Virus record (IMG/VR): IMGVR_UViG_3300043485_000022 | Location: 1-60,147 of that record | Source: a virus | Lineage: Duplodnaviria; Caudoviricetes | Length of the DNA stretch: 60,147 nt | Direction: 5' to 3' (one strand) | Part shown: in pieces, positions 57,183-60,147 of the stretch | Layout of the letters: the number at the start of each line of letters is the position of its first letter | Position numbering within the stretch: the first letter of the stretch is position 1 | The notes under the pieces: generated by a model | Told to the model about the DNA's origin: nothing | What the model saw: only the letters and a program-made list of their open reading frames with translations | Databases searched by the model: none | Made by a program: the position numbers and the translations under genes

Positions 57183-57713
57183 ATGAGACCTCCAAACTTC
57201 ATAATCGGCAGTCCTGACAATCCGTACATGCTGCGATGGTTTCTGATCCCTCGCAACACTAGACTCAATATCTATCTTCACAAGTTCCTTCGTGACGACG
57301 ATGACAGAGCCTTGCACGATCATCCGTGGTGGTTCCTATCCGTTGTCCTCGCCGGAACTTACAGGGAAATCACCAAGGACGTAAAGCGCTGCACCGGCTG
57401 CGGTAATGACTTCTGGGATGAGGAAGGACAATCCACGAATTCACTGCCGACGCACTGCCCGAATTGCTCGGAACCAATGTTCATTATCTCCGGATGGCGG
57501 AAGAGATTCAGCATCGCCTTCCGTAGGGCAGAGCACCGCCATCGGGTGGTGCTCAAGAAAGATCTCTACGGCTCCCCTATCCCCTGCTGGACTCTTGTGA
57601 TAACAGGTCCGAGAGTACGAGAGTGGGGGTTCTGGTGTCCTCGCGGCTTCGTCCATTGGAAGGCTTTTACGAAGTCTAAGAATTCTGGCGAGGTTGGGAG
57701 AGGCTGCGAATGA
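57183..57713 (+). CDS. Cupin-fold protein (HDHPW family) with Zn-ribbon insertion
   Basis: NIYLHKFLR.D.DR.LHDHPW; CTGC...CPNC; WTL..TGP..R.WGF. Confidence 0.75.
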   Translation: MRPPNFIIGSPDNPYMLRWFLIPRNTRLNIYLHKFLRDDDDRALHDHPWWFLSVVLAGTYREITKDVKRCTGCGNDFWDEEGQSTNSLPTHCPNCSEPMFIISGWRKRFSIAFRRAEHRHRVVLKKDLYGSPIPCWTLVITGPRVREWGFWCPRGFVHWKAFTKSKNSGEVGRGCE

Positions 57714-58459
57714 AAGACGACGAGACCACCACCAAAGAAGCGATAGAAGAACTCTCTACTCACTCACTTGAGCCTGTAGACGACCCTGACGACGAGCGTG
57801 ATCTCGAAGACCTACTCGAAGTCCTGGCAGAGCAGTCGCAGGCTCGTGTTGGTAGACCTCCAGGCAGCCGCTCCGCCACCGCTGAGCCTCTTGTATCCGC
57901 CGTCAGCGAGACAAGCCTCACATCTCCCCGTGGCTCCAAAAACCAATCCAAGGACTTGACCTACGAAGTTCTCAGCAACACCTCGCTCACTCCGAAACAG
58001 CTACTCGGTGTGCGCGTCCTGATAGAAGCTTCACCCACCGACACCCGTGAAGACTTGGCCCGTCGAATCGGGATCAGCCGCGTCACTCTGTGGCAATGGC
58101 TGACAACCTCTGAATTCCGGCGAGTCTTCAACGCTCTACTCAGCGTGACCATAGACGCTGCAAAAGGCAAGACCCTGCAATCCCTGATCCGTGGCGCAAA
58201 TACAGTCGGCCCGCAGCAAGCTCAGATGCAGAAGGTATTCTGGACCCTCGCGGGAAGTGTGTCAGACCGCATCGAAGTTTCTGGACCGAACGGCGAACCC
58301 CTGCAAGTCGAGACTAAAAACATCGATGTCGATTCGCTCCCCATGGTGGTCAAGAAGCTGATCTATCACGCTGTCAAGGGCGGCAGCTTGTCACACGAAC
58401 TGGAAGCCAGGCTGAACGAGGAGCTGGACTTGAGTATCATGGAGGCTATTGATGTCTGA
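57710..58459 (+). CDS. terS: Terminase small subunit-like HTH protein
   Basis: HTH LARRIGISRVTLWQW; C-terminal RIEVSGPNGEPLQV typical of TerS. Confidence 0.72.
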   Translation: MKDDETTTKEAIEELSTHSLEPVDDPDDERDLEDLLEVLAEQSQARVGRPPGSRSATAEPLVSAVSETSLTSPRGSKNQSKDLTYEVLSNTSLTPKQLLGVRVLIEASPTDTREDLARRIGISRVTLWQWLTTSEFRRVFNALLSVTIDAAKGKTLQSLIRGANTVGPQQAQMQKVFWTLAGSVSDRIEVSGPNGEPLQVETKNIDVDSLPMVVKKLIYHAVKGGSLSHELEARLNEELDLSIMEAIDV

Positions 58460-58489
58460 CCAAATTCAGAAATGGCTGGTTGAACGCCA

Positions 58490-59638
58490 ATGATCCATTT
58501 GCCTTCCCAGCGTCAGATGCGGCTGAACATCTGGCACGCCCTACTCTCAGCCAGCGACACCGAGATCACGGAAGGCATGTCTTTCTATGACGGCGCGCAT
58601 GGGATCTGCCGGATGATCTCCCGGTTGACCAATGACCGCGTCTCGGTCTCTCACGTTGCAGGCATCTACGCTGCTCTGAGTCCCATGAACGGTTGGGAAG
58701 AGAACGTCGCTAACATCTTCTCTGTCATCCGCGAGCAAGACTCCTGCACTGTCAACACTTCTCATCCAAACCGTCTCAAGGCTCTGCGGATTTACCATGG
58801 CGAAGATCCTCTACAAGTCTTGCGGGGTCGAAAAGTAACAGCCTTCTACCACTCCATTGCTGGCCCTCTCAACCATCAGCACATCCCTATCGATCGCCAC
58901 TTGATCAACCTTGCTATGGGCTGGAAGCTTGGCAAGAACGACCTCAGCCGAGCAGCCTCATCTCGTGAGCTGTACGACAGGATAGAAAAGGTCTACCAGG
59001 ACTTAGGCGCTCGGGAGCAGCTAGGCAACCGCCTTGCCTCTATCGCGTGGTTTGTCCAGCGGCGGGCGGAATCAGGCCAAGCGATCATCCCCCACCATCT
59101 GTCGCCTGTCTGTTGTCTCAAGCCGATGCAGTCACAGGGCCAGAAGCCGAGACGGTTTCTCTGTTCAACCTGTGGCAGATCGAAGGTCATCAGACTAGAC
59201 ATCACCAATCTCAAGACAAAGATCAGGATTTCTAGACCGCCCATAGCTATACTCGATGGCTTTCCAATCACCCAGCACAGAGATCCTGTCACCAAGCGAC
59301 TAGGCCGAAAGATCATCAGACTTGGCAAGGATCACCTCTTTGCTAATGGCGCTGGATGGCAATACCTTTCACGCTATCTGGTGATGAAGGAACTAGACGA
59401 GAGGTTGAGATCCGACGAGCATGTCGATCACAAAGATCTTGACAAGACAAATGATACTCTAGATAACCTTCGTGTCATGCTCGCTGAACGTCACGGTAAG
59501 CACCATGTCTACCTTGCTGAGCTGGCTGGCGGTCGCGGCGAGGATGGTAGGTTCCGGAAGTATGATCAACCAATCACCCACGGCGAGCCGGATTACCCAG
59601 ACGACAGCTTAGCAAGCTTGGAAGATATCCCGTTCTAA
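58490..59638 (+). CDS. DUF7178-like (HhH glycosylase-like) domain fused to an HNH endonuclease
   Basis: AALSP...W..N, G.KV.AFY..I and IDRH motifs; C-terminal EHVDHKDLDKTNDTLDNL. Confidence 0.6.
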   Translation: MIHLPSQRQMRLNIWHALLSASDTEITEGMSFYDGAHGICRMISRLTNDRVSVSHVAGIYAALSPMNGWEENVANIFSVIREQDSCTVNTSHPNRLKALRIYHGEDPLQVLRGRKVTAFYHSIAGPLNHQHIPIDRHLINLAMGWKLGKNDLSRAASSRELYDRIEKVYQDLGAREQLGNRLASIAWFVQRRAESGQAIIPHHLSPVCCLKPMQSQGQKPRRFLCSTCGRSKVIRLDITNLKTKIRISRPPIAILDGFPITQHRDPVTKRLGRKIIRLGKDHLFANGAGWQYLSRYLVMKELDERLRSDEHVDHKDLDKTNDTLDNLRVMLAERHGKHHVYLAELAGGRGEDGRFRKYDQPITHGEPDYPDDSLASLEDIPF

Positions 59639-59673
59639 GCCCGATCAACCGTCCAACGAAAGGAGCCAACAAT

Positions 59674-60111
59674 GTGCTAACCCGAATCAAAATCATCTTT
59701 CGTTTCCTCGGTCGTCTTGACTACTTCCTCCAGTCAATCGACTTCATCAAAACCCAGCTCACCACACAAAGGAGCCTACTAGTGTCCATCCACGACGATC
59801 TCCAGTCCATCATCCAGCAAGCCCAAGTCAACCACGACGTGGAGCTGTCAGCTACCCAAGCCATCCACTCCCTTCTGGACCGCCTGGACGAGCAAGTCTC
59901 CCAGGGTGATCTCGACGCGATCCGCCAGACCGTCGCCACAATGCGTGAGAGCGCTGGCAGCCTGGGACAGGCCATCGCGGCTACGGGTCAGCAGGACGGC
60001 CAGAGTGGTCAGCAGCCCAGTGAGCAGACCTCAGGTGAGCCCAGCAGCCCTGGAGAGCCTGCCAGCGGGCCTGTGAGTGAGCCTCTGGAGTCTGAGGAAG
60101 AGCACCGTTAG
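59674..60111 (+). CDS. Coiled-coil hypothetical protein with low-complexity acidic tail
   Basis: AAGGAG SD. Confidence 0.6.
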   Translation: MLTRIKIIFRFLGRLDYFLQSIDFIKTQLTTQRSLLVSIHDDLQSIIQQAQVNHDVELSATQAIHSLLDRLDEQVSQGDLDAIRQTVATMRESAGSLGQAIAATGQQDGQSGQQPSEQTSGEPSSPGEPASGPVSEPLESEEEHR

Positions 60112-60121
60112 AACGGCCTGA

Positions 60122-60146
60122 GAGACCGGGGGGGGGGGGGGCAGGT
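60122..60146. repeat. Right arm of imperfect terminal inverted repeat (GAGACC-G14-CAGGT)
   Basis: Complementary to the left-end element at 7-35. Confidence 0.55.
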
Positions 60147-60147
60147 A

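Larger units (their letters stand above)
1..60147 (+). mobile_element. Tailed dsDNA bacteriophage (siphovirus-like Caudoviricetes), probably near-complete genome
   Basis: TerS, TerL, portal, protease, capsid, tail tube, frameshifted chaperone, long tape measure, endolysin and DNA polymerase are all present. No sheath gene and no host housekeeping genes seen. Confidence 0.96.

Noticed and set aside
1-60147. tRNA genes, integrase/att site, diversity-generating retroelement, retron, alternative genetic code
   Set aside because: No cloverleaf, recombinase or reverse transcriptase motifs seen by eye, and core genes are intact in the standard code. tRNAscan-SE and HMM searches would be needed to exclude them formally.

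Overview
The window looks like an essentially complete (~60 kb) tailed dsDNA phage genome of siphovirus type, with nearly all genes on the + strand. Order: putative origin and early genes (1-8 kb), terminase/portal/DUF2213 protease-scaffold/capsid (8-15 kb), neck and tail with an embedded DUF3380 endolysin, a -1 frameshifted tail chaperone and an 1808-aa tape measure (16-33.6 kb), a membrane/lysis cluster (34-37 kb), DNA metabolism (DinG-like helicase, PD-(D/E)XK nuclease, AAA ATPase, ERCC4 nuclease, UDG-PolA fusion; 38-53.6 kb) and a detached terminase small subunit near the right end. I recognise no integrase, CI repressor, primase, tRNA or CRISPR array. The most unusual elements are: (1) two orphan minus-strand RiPP/lanthipeptide-like precursor genes, each with its own promoter and no modifying enzymes nearby; (2) a complete type II hammerhead ribozyme at 41173-41252; (3) a palindromic 11-copy GGGGGTCC array with a (TA)n tract, probably the origin; (4) sigma70 promoters sharing a 13-bp palindromic operator, several apparently leaderless; (5) a sense-strand GACAAGAC motif enriched in 5' UTRs; (6) a stand-alone, degenerate ethylene-receptor-type membrane domain; (7) complementary C-run/G-run ends. 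All calls were made by eye from motifs and synteny; no database searches were run.
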